Assembly (NCBI RefSeq): GCF_016127575.1
Contig: NZ_CP066018.1
Span: 2,220,001-2,252,000, forward strand
Reading direction: 5' to 3'
Length of the DNA: 32,000 bases
Origin: Cupriavidus necator
Lineage (GTDB): Bacteria > Pseudomonadota > Gammaproteobacteria > Burkholderiales > Burkholderiaceae
The position numbers and the translations under genes are program-made. The notes below the pieces were generated by a model. The model ran no database searches. It was not told the DNA's origin and saw only the letters and a list, made by a program, of their open reading frames with translations. Shown here piece by piece: positions 20,015-28,500 of the stretch (positions are counted from its first letter, which is position 1; each line of letters opens with the position of its first letter).

Positions 20015-20752
20015 TCAGACCGCGGCGAACACCGCTTCGAGATCGACCTTTTCCTCAGCCGGCAGCTCCAGCCGCAGCGTGCTTTCGACATGGCCGAGGT
20101 GCTCCGCCATCAGCCGCGCGGCGCGCTCGCCGTCGCCGGCTTCCAGCGCATCGACGATGTCGTCGTGTTCATGGTGCGGGCACGACGGCACCCCCGGTGC
20201 GTCATAGAGCGCGATGATCAGGCAGGTCAGCGAGCACAGCTCGCGCATGTACTTGCCCAGGTACTGGTTGCCGGTCATTTCCGCCAGCTTGCAGTGGAAC
20301 TCGCCCGACAGCCGGATGATGGCGCGGCGGTCGTTGCTGTCGCGCGCCTGCGCTTCCTGGCGCGTGGTTTCGCGCAGCGCGCGCACCCCCGGCGCGCCAA
20401 TGGCGCCGGCCAGGTCGCGCACCAGCGCGGGTTCCAGCAGGTGGCGTGAATGCAGCACCTGGCGCGCTTCGGCCACGCTCGGGCTGGAGACGAAGGTGCC
20501 GCGGTTGGGATGGACCGTCAGCACGCCTTCATGCGCCAGCTTGGCAAAGGCCAGCCGTACCTTGGTGCGGCTCACGCCGAACACGCCGCCCAGCTTTTCC
20601 TCGACCAGCTTGGTACCCGGCGGCAGCCGGTGCTCCCAGATCGCGGTCAGGATGCGGTCGGCGATTGCCTCGACCGACGCGCCGCGCGCGCTGTCCGTGT
20701 CGGTCTCATTGATACCGTCGGTGGCGGGCAGGTCGGCTTTGGTTTGTGGCAT
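20015..20752 (-). CDS. GntR family transcriptional regulator, FadR/FCD subfamily
   Basis: 245 aa with an N-terminal winged HTH (KLVEEKLGGVFGVSRTKVRLAFAKLAHEGVLTVHPNRGTFV) and a C-terminal all-helical FCD-like domain. It converges on the racemase homologue with a 28-nt gap. Confidence 0.88.
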   Translation of the reverse strand: MPQTKADLPATDGINETDTDSARGASVEAIADRILTAIWEHRLPPGTKLVEEKLGGVFGVSRTKVRLAFAKLAHEGVLTVHPNRGTFVSSPSVAEARQVLHSRHLLEPALVRDLAGAIGAPGVRALRETTRQEAQARDSNDRRAIIRLSGEFHCKLAEMTGNQYLGKYMRELCSLTCLIIALYDAPGVPSCPHHEHDDIVDALEAGDGERAARLMAEHLGHVESTLRLELPAEEKVDLEAVFAAV

Positions 20753-20799
20753 GGCGGTTGGCGTTGGCGGCCCGGAAAAAAAAGACAGTCGGTGTCGTT

Positions 20800-20828
20800 A
20801 TTGTATGGCGGCTTGCCATCAAGTGTAT
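20800..20828. promoter_or_regulatory. second copy of the candidate GntR operator, upstream of the gntR gene
   Basis: ATTGTATGGCGGCTTGCCATCAAGTGTAT lies 48-76 nt upstream of the gntR ATG (20752, minus strand). Its first 12 nt are identical to 14854-14865. Internal inverted repeat ATGGC/GCCAT. On the minus strand the motif's reverse complement ends in TACAAT, a -10-like hexamer. Confidence 0.45.
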
Positions 20829-20856
20829 AACAGCGGCGTCGGACCGGTTGCCGTTC

Positions 20857-21357
20857 TTACTTCGCGCCGAGCTTGTCCAGCGCCTCGCCGGTCACGCGGC
20901 AGATGCGCCAGTCGGGCAGCACGTCCGCACCCATGGCCTCGTAGAAGTCGATCGACGGCTGGTTCCAGTCCAGCACCGACCATTCGAAGCGGCCACAGCC
21001 GCGCTCGACCGCCAGCGCCGCGAGGTGCTTGAGCAGCGCCTTGCCCAGGCCGTGGCCGCGCCAGGCCGGATCGACATAGAGGTCTTCCAGGTACAGGCCG
21101 GGCCTGGCCAGGAAGGTTGAGAAATTGTGGAAGAAGAGGGCAAAGCCGACGGCTTGCCGGCCGCCATCGGTGTCGACTTCGACCAGCACCGCTTCGGCAT
21201 GCGGCGTGGCGCCGAACAGTGCATCCTGGATCTTCTGCGGCGTGGCTTCGACAATATGCGTCAGCTTTTCGTATTCGGCCAGCGCCAGGATCAGGTTGAA
21301 CAGCGTCTCGCTGTCGGCGGCGGTGGCGGGGCGGAGCGTGAAGGCGGGCTTGGACAT
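20857..21357 (-). CDS. GNAT family N-acetyltransferase (diamine/SSAT-like)
   Basis: 166 aa from ATG 21357, with GGAGAG RBS upstream. Acetyl-CoA motif A is present: LEDLYVDPAWRGHGLGKALL. Confidence 0.85.
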   Translation of the reverse strand: MSKPAFTLRPATAADSETLFNLILALAEYEKLTHIVEATPQKIQDALFGATPHAEAVLVEVDTDGGRQAVGFALFFHNFSTFLARPGLYLEDLYVDPAWRGHGLGKALLKHLAALAVERGCGRFEWSVLDWNQPSIDFYEAMGADVLPDWRICRVTGEALDKLGAK

Positions 21358-21438
21358 GCTGGGTCGGCTCTCCGGCAAACAGGAATTCGGAATTATCGCC
21401 TGTGCGTCACTTGCCGCGCCAGCTTGCATGCAATCGGG

Positions 21439-22407
21439 TCAGTGCCCGAAGTCCGCCAGCCTGCGCACCTGGTCGACATACCCGGGCGCCAGGCAATCCA
21501 CCACCAGCCGCTCGGGCGTGCTGCGCAGCCAGGTCAGCTGGCGCTTGCACAGCTGGCGCGTGGCGGCGATGCCGCGCTCGCGCATGGTGGCAAAGTCTGC
21601 GTCGCCGTCCAGGTACTCCCATACCTGCCGGTAGCCGACGCAGCGGATCGACGGCAAGCCCGGATGCAGGTCGCCGCGCCGGCGCAGCCGCTCGACTTCC
21701 TCGATAAAGCCGTTGGCCAGCATCGCGTCATAACGCTGAGCGATGCGCGCGTGCAGCGCCAGGCGGTCCGATGGCTCCAGCGCAATCACGCGGAAGCGCT
21801 GGTCCGCCGCGCCGGCAAAGGTGCGCCCCTCGGCCTGGCGCGCCAGCAGTGCCGACATCGGCTGGCCGGACAGGCGGTGGATCTCCAGCGCGCGCTGGAT
21901 GCGCTGCGCGTCATTGGGCGCGAGCCGCGCCGCGGTGACCGGGTCGACCTCGGCCAGCATCGCATGCAGCGCCGGCCAGCCGCGCTCGGCGGCAAGCTGG
22001 TCCAGCTCCGCGCGCAGCGCGGCATCGGCCTGGGGCAGGTCATTGAGCCCCTGCGTCAGTGCCTTGTAGTAGAGCATGGTGCCGCCGACGATCAGCGGCA
22101 CATGGCCGCGCGCGCGGATCTGTGCGATCAGCCGTTCGGCATCGGTGACGAACTGCGCCGCGGAGTAGCTGTCGGCCGGGTCGATGATGTCGATCAGGTG
22201 GTGCGGCGCGGCTGCAAGTTCTTCGCGCGTGGGCTTGGCGGTGCCGATATCCATCTCGCGGTACACCAGCGCCGAATCCAGGCTGATGATCTCCACCGGC
22301 GCGTCGGCCGCCAGCGCCAGCGCGGCCGCGGTCTTGCCCGAGGCGGTGGGGCCGAGCAGGCAGACCACGGGCGGATGCGTGGCGGAATCGTGGGGTACGG
22401 CGGACAT
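21439..22407 (-). CDS. miaA: tRNA dimethylallyltransferase
   Basis: 322 aa with P-loop GPTASGKT, then [16 protein letters not shown] and HHLIDI. Confidence 0.93.
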   Translation of the reverse strand: MSAVPHDSATHPPVVCLLGPTASGKTAAALALAADAPVEIISLDSALVYREMDIGTAKPTREELAAAPHHLIDIIDPADSYSAAQFVTDAERLIAQIRARGHVPLIVGGTMLYYKALTQGLNDLPQADAALRAELDQLAAERGWPALHAMLAEVDPVTAARLAPNDAQRIQRALEIHRLSGQPMSALLARQAEGRTFAGAADQRFRVIALEPSDRLALHARIAQRYDAMLANGFIEEVERLRRRGDLHPGLPSIRCVGYRQVWEYLDGDADFATMRERGIAATRQLCKRQLTWLRSTPERLVVDCLAPGYVDQVRRLADFGH

Positions 22408-22440
22408 CGAAAGCCTTGGATGAATCGTGGGGCGAGCGGC

Positions 22441-24423
22441 TTATTGCCCGCGCAGGAACAGCCGGTCCAGCTCGGTCACGGTCAGTTGCACCCAGGTCGG
22501 GCGGCCGTGGTTGCACTGGTCGGCGCGCTCGGTCTGCTCCATCTGGCGCAAGAGCGCATTCATTTCCTCGAGCGTGAGCTTGCGGTTGGCGCGCACCGCG
22601 CTGTGGCAGGCGAGGGTGGCCAGCAGTTCGTTGCGGCGCTCGGCCAGCACGCGCGAGCCGCCGTAGGCATGCAGGTCGCGCAACACATCGCGCGCCAGCG
22701 CTTCGGCATCGGCCTGCTGCAGCAGCGCCGGCACCGCTCGCACCGCGAGAGTGGTGGGCGACACCGGGGCGATATCGAAGCCCAGCAGCGTCAGTGTCTC
22801 CTGGTGTTCTTCGGCCACGCCGATCTCGACCGGGCTGCCGGGCAGCGTGACCGGGATCAGCAGCGGCTGCACCGCGAGGTCGCGCGCGTCCAGGCCGGCC
22901 TTGATCTGCTCATACAGGATGCGTTCGTGCGCGGCATGCATATCCACCAGCACCAGCCCGCGCGCGTTCTGCGCCAGCACATAGATGCCATGCAGCTGGG
23001 CGATGGCGTAGCCGAGCGGGTGGTCGTCGGGGGCGTCGGCAGGATCGGCAAAGCCGGCGCGCGCGGCCGGCGGCAGGCGGTCCAGCAGGCCGGGCGGGTC
23101 GTCGGCGCGTGCCGCCTGCGCGTCGGCCAGCCAGGCCGGCGCTTGCGCCGGGGTGCCGGGCATGGCGCCATACGGCCGCGCTGCCGGTGCGGCGGCATCG
23201 CGCACCATGCCCAGGTAGGCCTGGCGTGGCTGGGCGATGCCGAGTTCGGTCTGGCGTGCCGCGGAATAATTGATCCACTGGCCGCCACCACCACTGCCGC
23301 CGCCAAAGCCCGGCCGTGCGCCGCCCGCCGGTGTCGCGCCGCCAGACGGCAGGGTGATCTCGCCGTCGGCATCGGTATGCAGGCTGTCGCCGTTCCCGCC
23401 GGCCTGCCGCGCCAGGCAACGCTGCACCGCGTGGTAGACGAACTGGTGCACGGCGCGCGATTCACGGAAGCGCACTTCGATCTTCGACGGGTGCACGTTG
23501 ACGTCGACCATCTCCGGCGGCAGGTCCAGGCACAGCACATAGGACGGGAAGCGGTCGCCGTGCAGCACGTCCTGGTAGGCGCTGCGCACCGCGTGATTGA
23601 GCAGCTTGTCGCGCACGAAGCGGCCGTTGACAAAGAAGTACTGCTGGTCCGGCCGCCCGCGCGAGGCGGTGGGCAGCCCGGCAAAGCCATACAGGTGCAG
23701 CGTGTCGGCCTCTTCGTCCAGTGGCAGGCGGGCGCGGGCAAAGTCATTGCCCAGCACCTGCGCGGTACGGGTGGCGACGTCGCCGGCATTCCAGTGCTCC
23801 AGCGGCTTGCCGTTGTGGTGGACCGAGATGGTCACGTCGGGCCGCGCCAGCGCCACGCGCCGTACCATCTCCAGGCAGTGCCCCAGCTCGGTTTGCTCCG
23901 ATTTGAGGAACTTTCGGCGCGCTGGCGTGTTGAAGTAGAGGTGCTGCACGTCGACGGTGGTGCCGACCCCGCCCGAGGCAGGCTGCACCGTGCCGGTATC
24001 GGCGCTGACCTGGGTGGCATGGGCATCGGCCGCGGTGCGGCTGGTCAGGGCCAGCTGGGACACCGAGGCGATCGAGGCCAGGGCCTCGCCGCGGAAGCCC
24101 AGCGTCAGCACTGATTCCAGTTCGTCGAGCGACGCAATCTTGCTGGTGGCGTGGCGCATCAGCGCGACCGGCAACTCTGCCGCAGGGATGCCGCAGCCGT
24201 TGTCCGTGATGACGATGCGCCGCACGCCGCCTTCTTCCAGCCGGATGCCGAGCTGCGTGGCGCCGGCGTCGAGCGCGTTTTCCAGCAACTCCTTGACCAC
24301 CGAGGCCGGTCGTTCCACCACTTCGCCGGCGGCGATCTGGCTGATGAGCTGGTCCGGCAGCGGCCGGATCGGGCGCGGCTGCTGGGTGGTGCGCAGGGCG
24401 GTGCTGGAGGCGGAGGCAGGCAT
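22441..24423 (-). CDS. mutL: DNA mismatch repair protein MutL
   Basis: GHKL ATPase N-terminus (IAAGEVVERPASVVKELLENALDAGA, DNGCGI), a Pro/Ala/Gly-rich linker, and a C-terminal dimerisation domain ending CNHGRPT. ATG 24423 is preferred; GTG 24450 is the alternative. Confidence 0.93.
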   Translation of the reverse strand: MPASASSTALRTTQQPRPIRPLPDQLISQIAAGEVVERPASVVKELLENALDAGATQLGIRLEEGGVRRIVITDNGCGIPAAELPVALMRHATSKIASLDELESVLTLGFRGEALASIASVSQLALTSRTAADAHATQVSADTGTVQPASGGVGTTVDVQHLYFNTPARRKFLKSEQTELGHCLEMVRRVALARPDVTISVHHNGKPLEHWNAGDVATRTAQVLGNDFARARLPLDEEADTLHLYGFAGLPTASRGRPDQQYFFVNGRFVRDKLLNHAVRSAYQDVLHGDRFPSYVLCLDLPPEMVDVNVHPSKIEVRFRESRAVHQFVYHAVQRCLARQAGGNGDSLHTDADGEITLPSGGATPAGGARPGFGGGSGGGGQWINYSAARQTELGIAQPRQAYLGMVRDAAAPAARPYGAMPGTPAQAPAWLADAQAARADDPPGLLDRLPPAARAGFADPADAPDDHPLGYAIAQLHGIYVLAQNARGLVLVDMHAAHERILYEQIKAGLDARDLAVQPLLIPVTLPGSPVEIGVAEEHQETLTLLGFDIAPVSPTTLAVRAVPALLQQADAEALARDVLRDLHAYGGSRVLAERRNELLATLACHSAVRANRKLTLEEMNALLRQMEQTERADQCNHGRPTWVQLTVTELDRLFLRGQ

Positions 24424-24429
24424 CCGGCG

Positions 24430-24435
24430 ATTATA
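24430..24435 (-). promoter_or_regulatory. perfect TATAAT (-10) on the minus strand, directly upstream of the mutL ATG
   Basis: Plus-strand ATTATA at 24430-24435 reads TATAAT on the minus strand, followed by CGCCGG and then ATG (24423). I found no convincing -35. Confidence 0.35.
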
Positions 24436-24576
24436 CGTGGACGCCCGCACGGAGTCGGACGCGCAAAGGCGCCGCAGGTGACGGATTGGCGCGGCGGCTC
24501 TTGTATGATTCAGGCCAAGGCGGCCCAGGCCGCATCGGACAGAACGCAGTCAACCAAACCATCAACGGGGAACGAC

Positions 24577-25242
24577 TTGGATCTCGCTTTGCAGCTCATC
24601 GACATGCTGGTGCATGTCGACAAATACCTCGGCACGGTCATCGACCAGTACGGCCACTGGGTCTATGCCATCCTGTTCCTGATCGTCTTTGCCGAAACCG
24701 GTCTGGTGGTCCTGCCGTTCCTGCCGGGCGACTCGCTGCTGTTTATCGCGGGCGCCTTCTGCGCAACCGGCGCCATGAACGAGTGGGCACTGATCGGCCT
24801 GCTGCTGGTGGCGGCGATTTCCGGCAATACCGTCAACTACCTGGTGGGCAGCTGGATCGGGCCCAAGGTGTTCGACCATCAGTGGCGCTTCCTGGACCAG
24901 GATGCGCTGCGCCGCACCCATGACTTCTATGAGCGGCACGGCGGCAAGACGCTGGTGATGGCGCGCTTCGTGCCGATCGTGCGCACCTTCGCCCCGTTCG
25001 TGGCGGGCGTGTCGCAGATGACCTTTGCGCGCTTCCAGATGTTCAACGTGGTCGGCGCCGTGGCCTGGGTGGTCGGCCTGGTCTTTGCCGGCTACTTCTT
25101 CGGCAACCTGCCGTTCATCCGCCAGTACCTGAACCTGATCGTGCTGGCCGGCATTGGCGCGGCCGTGGTGCCGCTGGTTCTGGGCGGGCTGTGGAAGCTG
25201 GTGCGCGGCAACCGCCGCCGGCCCACGCGCGTGGAGCGCTGA
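24577..25242 (+). CDS. dedA: DedA family inner-membrane protein
   Basis: TTG 24577 gives (M)DLALQLIDMLVHVDKYLGTVIDQYGHWVYAILFLIVFAETGLVVLPFLPGDSLLF, collinear with my recollection of the E. coli DedA N-terminus. GGGGAA lies upstream. ATG 24505 and ATG 24604 are alternative starts. Confidence 0.85.
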   Translation: MDLALQLIDMLVHVDKYLGTVIDQYGHWVYAILFLIVFAETGLVVLPFLPGDSLLFIAGAFCATGAMNEWALIGLLLVAAISGNTVNYLVGSWIGPKVFDHQWRFLDQDALRRTHDFYERHGGKTLVMARFVPIVRTFAPFVAGVSQMTFARFQMFNVVGAVAWVVGLVFAGYFFGNLPFIRQYLNLIVLAGIGAAVVPLVLGGLWKLVRGNRRRPTRVER

Positions 25243-25251
25243 GCAAGTGAG

Positions 25252-25279
25252 GGGCCGCGCAGCCTTCGCGCCCTTTTTT
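25252..25279 (+). terminator. rho-independent terminator after dedA
   Basis: GGG(C)CGCG (25252-25259) pairs with CGCGCCC (25267-25273), giving 7 bp with one bulge. It is followed by TTTTTT (25274-25279). Confidence 0.6.
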
Positions 25280-25296
25280 CACTATGAAGCGGGTTC

Positions 25297-26145
25297 TTAG
25301 TTGAGGCTGCGGCTCATCATCCGCAGCGCCGGCATGCGCTCGCGGATCTGGCCGATATCGGCCGCATCGGGCCGGGCGAGCACATAGGCTTCCAGGTCGG
25401 CCAGCGCAGGGCGGAAGCACTCCAGGTTGGCGTACGCCAGCCCCCGGTCGCGCACTTCCTCGATCGAACCCGGCAGCAGGATCACCAGCCGGTTCTGCAC
25501 CGCCAGCAGCCTCTGCCAGCGCGACTCCTGCAGGTAGATCGCCTTCAGGTTGCGCAGCATGCGTGCGACGATCTCGCGGTGGCTGGCCGCGCGCAGGAAC
25601 AGGCCCAGCGGCACCTGGCTGGCATCGCTGATGCCTTCGCGCTCCAGGTACGGGTCCAGCATTTCCTGCAGCCGTTCCTTCGACAGGGTCTCGCCGGTGA
25701 GCGGGTCCAGGATCACCTCGCCGGCAGGAATCGTCATGCGCAGCAGGAAATGGTTGGGGAACGACACGCCCTTGAGCGGCAGGCCGATCTGCTGGCCCAG
25801 CTCCATGAACAGCACCGCAAGCGAGATCGGGATGCCGCGCCGCTGGCGCAGCACCACGTTCAGGTAGGAGTTGTCGGGGTCGTAGTAGTCGTTCGCGTTC
25901 GGGCCGAAACCCAGGTCGCGATAGAAGAAATGGTTCAGCAGGCGCAGCCGCTGGATCGCGGGGGTGCCTTCGGCGATCCGGCGCTTCAGGCGCAGCGCCA
26001 GCACGTCCAGCGCCGCAAGCTCGGACTGCAGGTCCAGGTCGGGGTAGGCGTCCTGCGCGATGGACAGCGCGGTTTCGGTCAGCGGGATGCCGTTTTCGTC
26101 AGCCACGAGGCTGGCGAAATAATCCAGGACTTTGGTGGATGTCAT
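25297..26145 (-). CDS. SirB1/YchA-like protein (transglutaminase-like N-domain plus TPR-like C-domain), function unknown
   Basis: 282 aa with FFYRDLGFGPNANDYYDPDNSYLNVVLRQRRGIPISLAVLFMELG, which is characteristic of the SirB1 (UPF0162) family. Confidence 0.72.
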   Translation of the reverse strand: MTSTKVLDYFASLVADENGIPLTETALSIAQDAYPDLDLQSELAALDVLALRLKRRIAEGTPAIQRLRLLNHFFYRDLGFGPNANDYYDPDNSYLNVVLRQRRGIPISLAVLFMELGQQIGLPLKGVSFPNHFLLRMTIPAGEVILDPLTGETLSKERLQEMLDPYLEREGISDASQVPLGLFLRAASHREIVARMLRNLKAIYLQESRWQRLLAVQNRLVILLPGSIEEVRDRGLAYANLECFRPALADLEAYVLARPDAADIGQIRERMPALRMMSRSLN

Positions 26146-26241
26146 GTCGGTTTCCCGGTGCAGCCGCCGGCACCGCGCGCAGCGTGGGTCACCATTGCCG
26201 GCTCGTTAGGTGGCCCATGCGTTGGCAGATTCGCTGGCCCA

Positions 26242-27792
26242 TCAGCCGGCGCGGCGCCTGAAGGCAGAGTAGCGCAGTCCCATGAGCCACAGTGTACCGA
26301 AGTAGACCACCGCTGCAAGTACCAGGCACGAAGCCAGCAGCGCGATGCGCAGCAGCGGCGTCGCGCCCAGCCCGATCCAGTCGAAGTTGCGCGCGAACCA
26401 GAGCAGCATGCCGGACAGCAGCAGCACCGAGGCGCACAGCTGCGCCAGGAACAGCCACCAGCCCGGCGCCGGCCGGTACAGGCCGCGCCGGCGCAGGCCG
26501 AAGAACAGCAGCAGCGCGTTGATGGTGGCGCCGGCGCTGATCGACAGCGCCAGCCCGGCATGGCCGATCCACGGCACGAACGCATAGTTGCAGGCCTGCG
26601 TGATCACAAGCACCAGCAGTGCGATCTTCACCGGCGTGCGGATATCCTGGCGCGCATAGAAGCCGGGCGCCAGGATCTTGATCGAAATCAGCCCCATCAG
26701 GCCGACGCCGTACGAGACCAGCGCCTGGCGCGTCATCTCGACCGCGTGGGCGTCGAACTTGCCATAGTTGAACAGCACGGCGGTCAGCGGCGCGCCGAAC
26801 ACGAACAGCCCCACCGCGCAGGGCACCGCCAGCAGGAAGGTCAGGCGCAGGCCCCAGTCGAGCAGGCTCGAGTACTCGGCATGGTCGCCCGAGGCGTTGG
26901 CCTTGGACAGGCTCGGCAGCAGGATGGTCCCCAGCGCCACGCCCAGCAGCGCGGTCGGGAATTCCATCAGCCGGTCGGCATAGGTCAGGTAAGAGACGCT
27001 GCCCGCGGCCAGCCGCGAGGCGATATTGGTATTGATGATCTGGCTGATCTGCGCCACCGACACGGCCAGCAGCGCCGGCCCCATCTGCCGCAGGATGCGG
27101 CGCACGCCGGGATCGGACCACGCCGCGCGCAGGTTGAAGCTCAGCCGCGGCATCACGCCCAGGCGCCGCAGCGCCGGCACCTGGATCGCCAGCTGCAGCA
27201 CGCCGCCGACCAGCACGCCCCACGCCTGCGCGTAGATCGGCTGGTCCATGTGCGGGCCGACGAACAGGGCCGCGATGATCAGGCACAGGTTGAGCAGCAC
27301 CGGCGTGAAGGCCGGCACCGCGAACTTGCGCCAGGTATTGAGGATGCCGGACGCCAGCGCCACCAGCGAGATCAGGCCGATATACGGGAACATCACCCGC
27401 GTCATGAACACGGCCGCGGTATAGGTCTCGCTTTGCCCGCGGAAGCCGGTGGCGACCGCGGTCATCACCAGCGGTGCCCCGATCACGCCAAGCAGGGACA
27501 CGCCCATCAGCACCCAGGTCATGACCGTGGCGACGGCGTCGATCAGTGTCTTGGTCGGCTCGTCGCCGCGCTTGGTGTGGTATTCGCCCAGGATCGGCAC
27601 GAAGGCCTGCGAGAACGCGCCTTCGCCGAAAATGCGGCGCAGCAGGTTGGGAATGCGGAAGGCCACGTTGAACGCGTCGGTCATCTCCGACGCGCCGAAG
27701 GCGCGGGCGATCAGGATTTCGCGCACGAGGCCGGTGATGCGCGAGAGCATCGTAAGGCTGCTGATGGTGGCGAGCGCTTTGAGCAGGTTCAA
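26242..27792 (-). CDS. murJ: lipid II flippase MurJ (MviN)
   Basis: TTG 27792 gives (M)NLLKALATISSLTMLSRITGLVREILIARAFGAS, the canonical MurJ N-terminus. About 14 TM segments. The track extension to 27903 has no homology support. Confidence 0.9.
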   Translation of the reverse strand: MNLLKALATISSLTMLSRITGLVREILIARAFGASEMTDAFNVAFRIPNLLRRIFGEGAFSQAFVPILGEYHTKRGDEPTKTLIDAVATVMTWVLMGVSLLGVIGAPLVMTAVATGFRGQSETYTAAVFMTRVMFPYIGLISLVALASGILNTWRKFAVPAFTPVLLNLCLIIAALFVGPHMDQPIYAQAWGVLVGGVLQLAIQVPALRRLGVMPRLSFNLRAAWSDPGVRRILRQMGPALLAVSVAQISQIINTNIASRLAAGSVSYLTYADRLMEFPTALLGVALGTILLPSLSKANASGDHAEYSSLLDWGLRLTFLLAVPCAVGLFVFGAPLTAVLFNYGKFDAHAVEMTRQALVSYGVGLMGLISIKILAPGFYARQDIRTPVKIALLVLVITQACNYAFVPWIGHAGLALSISAGATINALLLFFGLRRRGLYRPAPGWWLFLAQLCASVLLLSGMLLWFARNFDWIGLGATPLLRIALLASCLVLAAVVYFGTLWLMGLRYSAFRRRAG

Positions 27793-27915
27793 GGTGCGGG
27801 TCGGTGCGGGACGGTGGATCGGTGCGGGCGCACCGCATGCCGGGGACGCCACTGAGACGCGGTCCGGGCGATAAAGTTGCCGGCGCGCCACGTGCCCCGG
27901 CACAATGTGGCGCTT

Positions 27916-27921
27916 ATTATA
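27916..27921 (-). promoter_or_regulatory. perfect TATAAT (-10) on the minus strand upstream of murJ
   Basis: Plus-strand ATTATA at 27916-27921, in the murJ/rpsT divergent spacer. It is correctly oriented, about 120 nt upstream of the TTG start. No good -35. Confidence 0.35.
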
Positions 27922-27972
27922 CGGACCGGCCCGGCGCCCGCCCGGGCCTGAGCTGGCAAAGTGTCCGCCGTG

Positions 27973-28002
27973 TTGCTTTGTGCGCCGGCATCTGTGTATA
28001 AT
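27973..28002 (+). promoter_or_regulatory. sigma70 promoter of rpsT
   Basis: TTGCTT (27973-27978)-N18-TATAAT (27997-28002), about 118 nt upstream of the rpsT ATG. Confidence 0.5.
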
Positions 28003-28120
28003 TGCCGATTCACAAGGACAGTTGCGTTCCGGATTCGTGTGTCAGTGCATCCCGGGTCGCTCGATATGACTTAATTGTTGTGTCCCCCGCGGCACGCATC
28101 TGAATTCAGGATATTTTTAC

Positions 28121-28387
28121 ATGGCAAATTCCGCACAAGCTCGCAAGCGCGCCCGCCAGGCCGTTGCCCAGAACGCTCACAACTCCAGCCTGCGTTCGCG
28201 TCTGCGCACCGCCGTCAAGGCCGTCCGCAAGGCCATCGACGCTGGCGACAAGGCCGCTGCCGCCGAGATCTTCAAGAACTCGCAAGCCGTGATCGACAGC
28301 ATTGCCGACAAGAAGATCGTGCACAAGAACAAGGCTGCACGTCACAAGTCGCGCCTGTCGGCCGCCATCAAGTCGATGGCTGCCTGA
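28121..28387 (+). CDS. rpsT: 30S ribosomal protein S20
   Basis: 88 aa: [33 protein letters not shown]... Confidence 0.96.
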   Translation: MANSAQARKRARQAVAQNAHNSSLRSRLRTAVKAVRKAIDAGDKAAAAEIFKNSQAVIDSIADKKIVHKNKAARHKSRLSAAIKSMAA

Positions 28388-28444
28388 TCGCTGCCCGGGC
28401 CGCCCCGGCGGTCCAGCAGAGGAGGGTGCCCAGGCATCCGCCAA

Positions 28445-28475
28445 TAAAAAAGCTCGTCATCCGACGAGCTTTTTT
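28445..28475. terminator. bidirectional rho-independent terminator between rpsT and the DUF3579 gene
   Basis: AAAAAA, then AGCTCGTC (28451-28458), ATCC loop, GACGAGCT (28463-28470), then TTTTT. A-run and T-run flank a perfect 8-bp stem between convergent genes. Confidence 0.85.
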
Positions 28476-28500
28476 GCTTTCCGGTGCCAGGCCGGCACGC

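Noticed and set aside
21127-24114. 995-aa plus-strand ORF antisense to GNAT, miaA and mutL
   Set aside because: Same artefact class. The opposite strand carries clear GNAT, MiaA and MutL signatures.
25579-27855. 758-aa plus-strand ORF antisense to the SirB1-like gene and murJ
   Set aside because: Same artefact class. The product is Arg/Gln/His/Asp-rich with no domain signatures.
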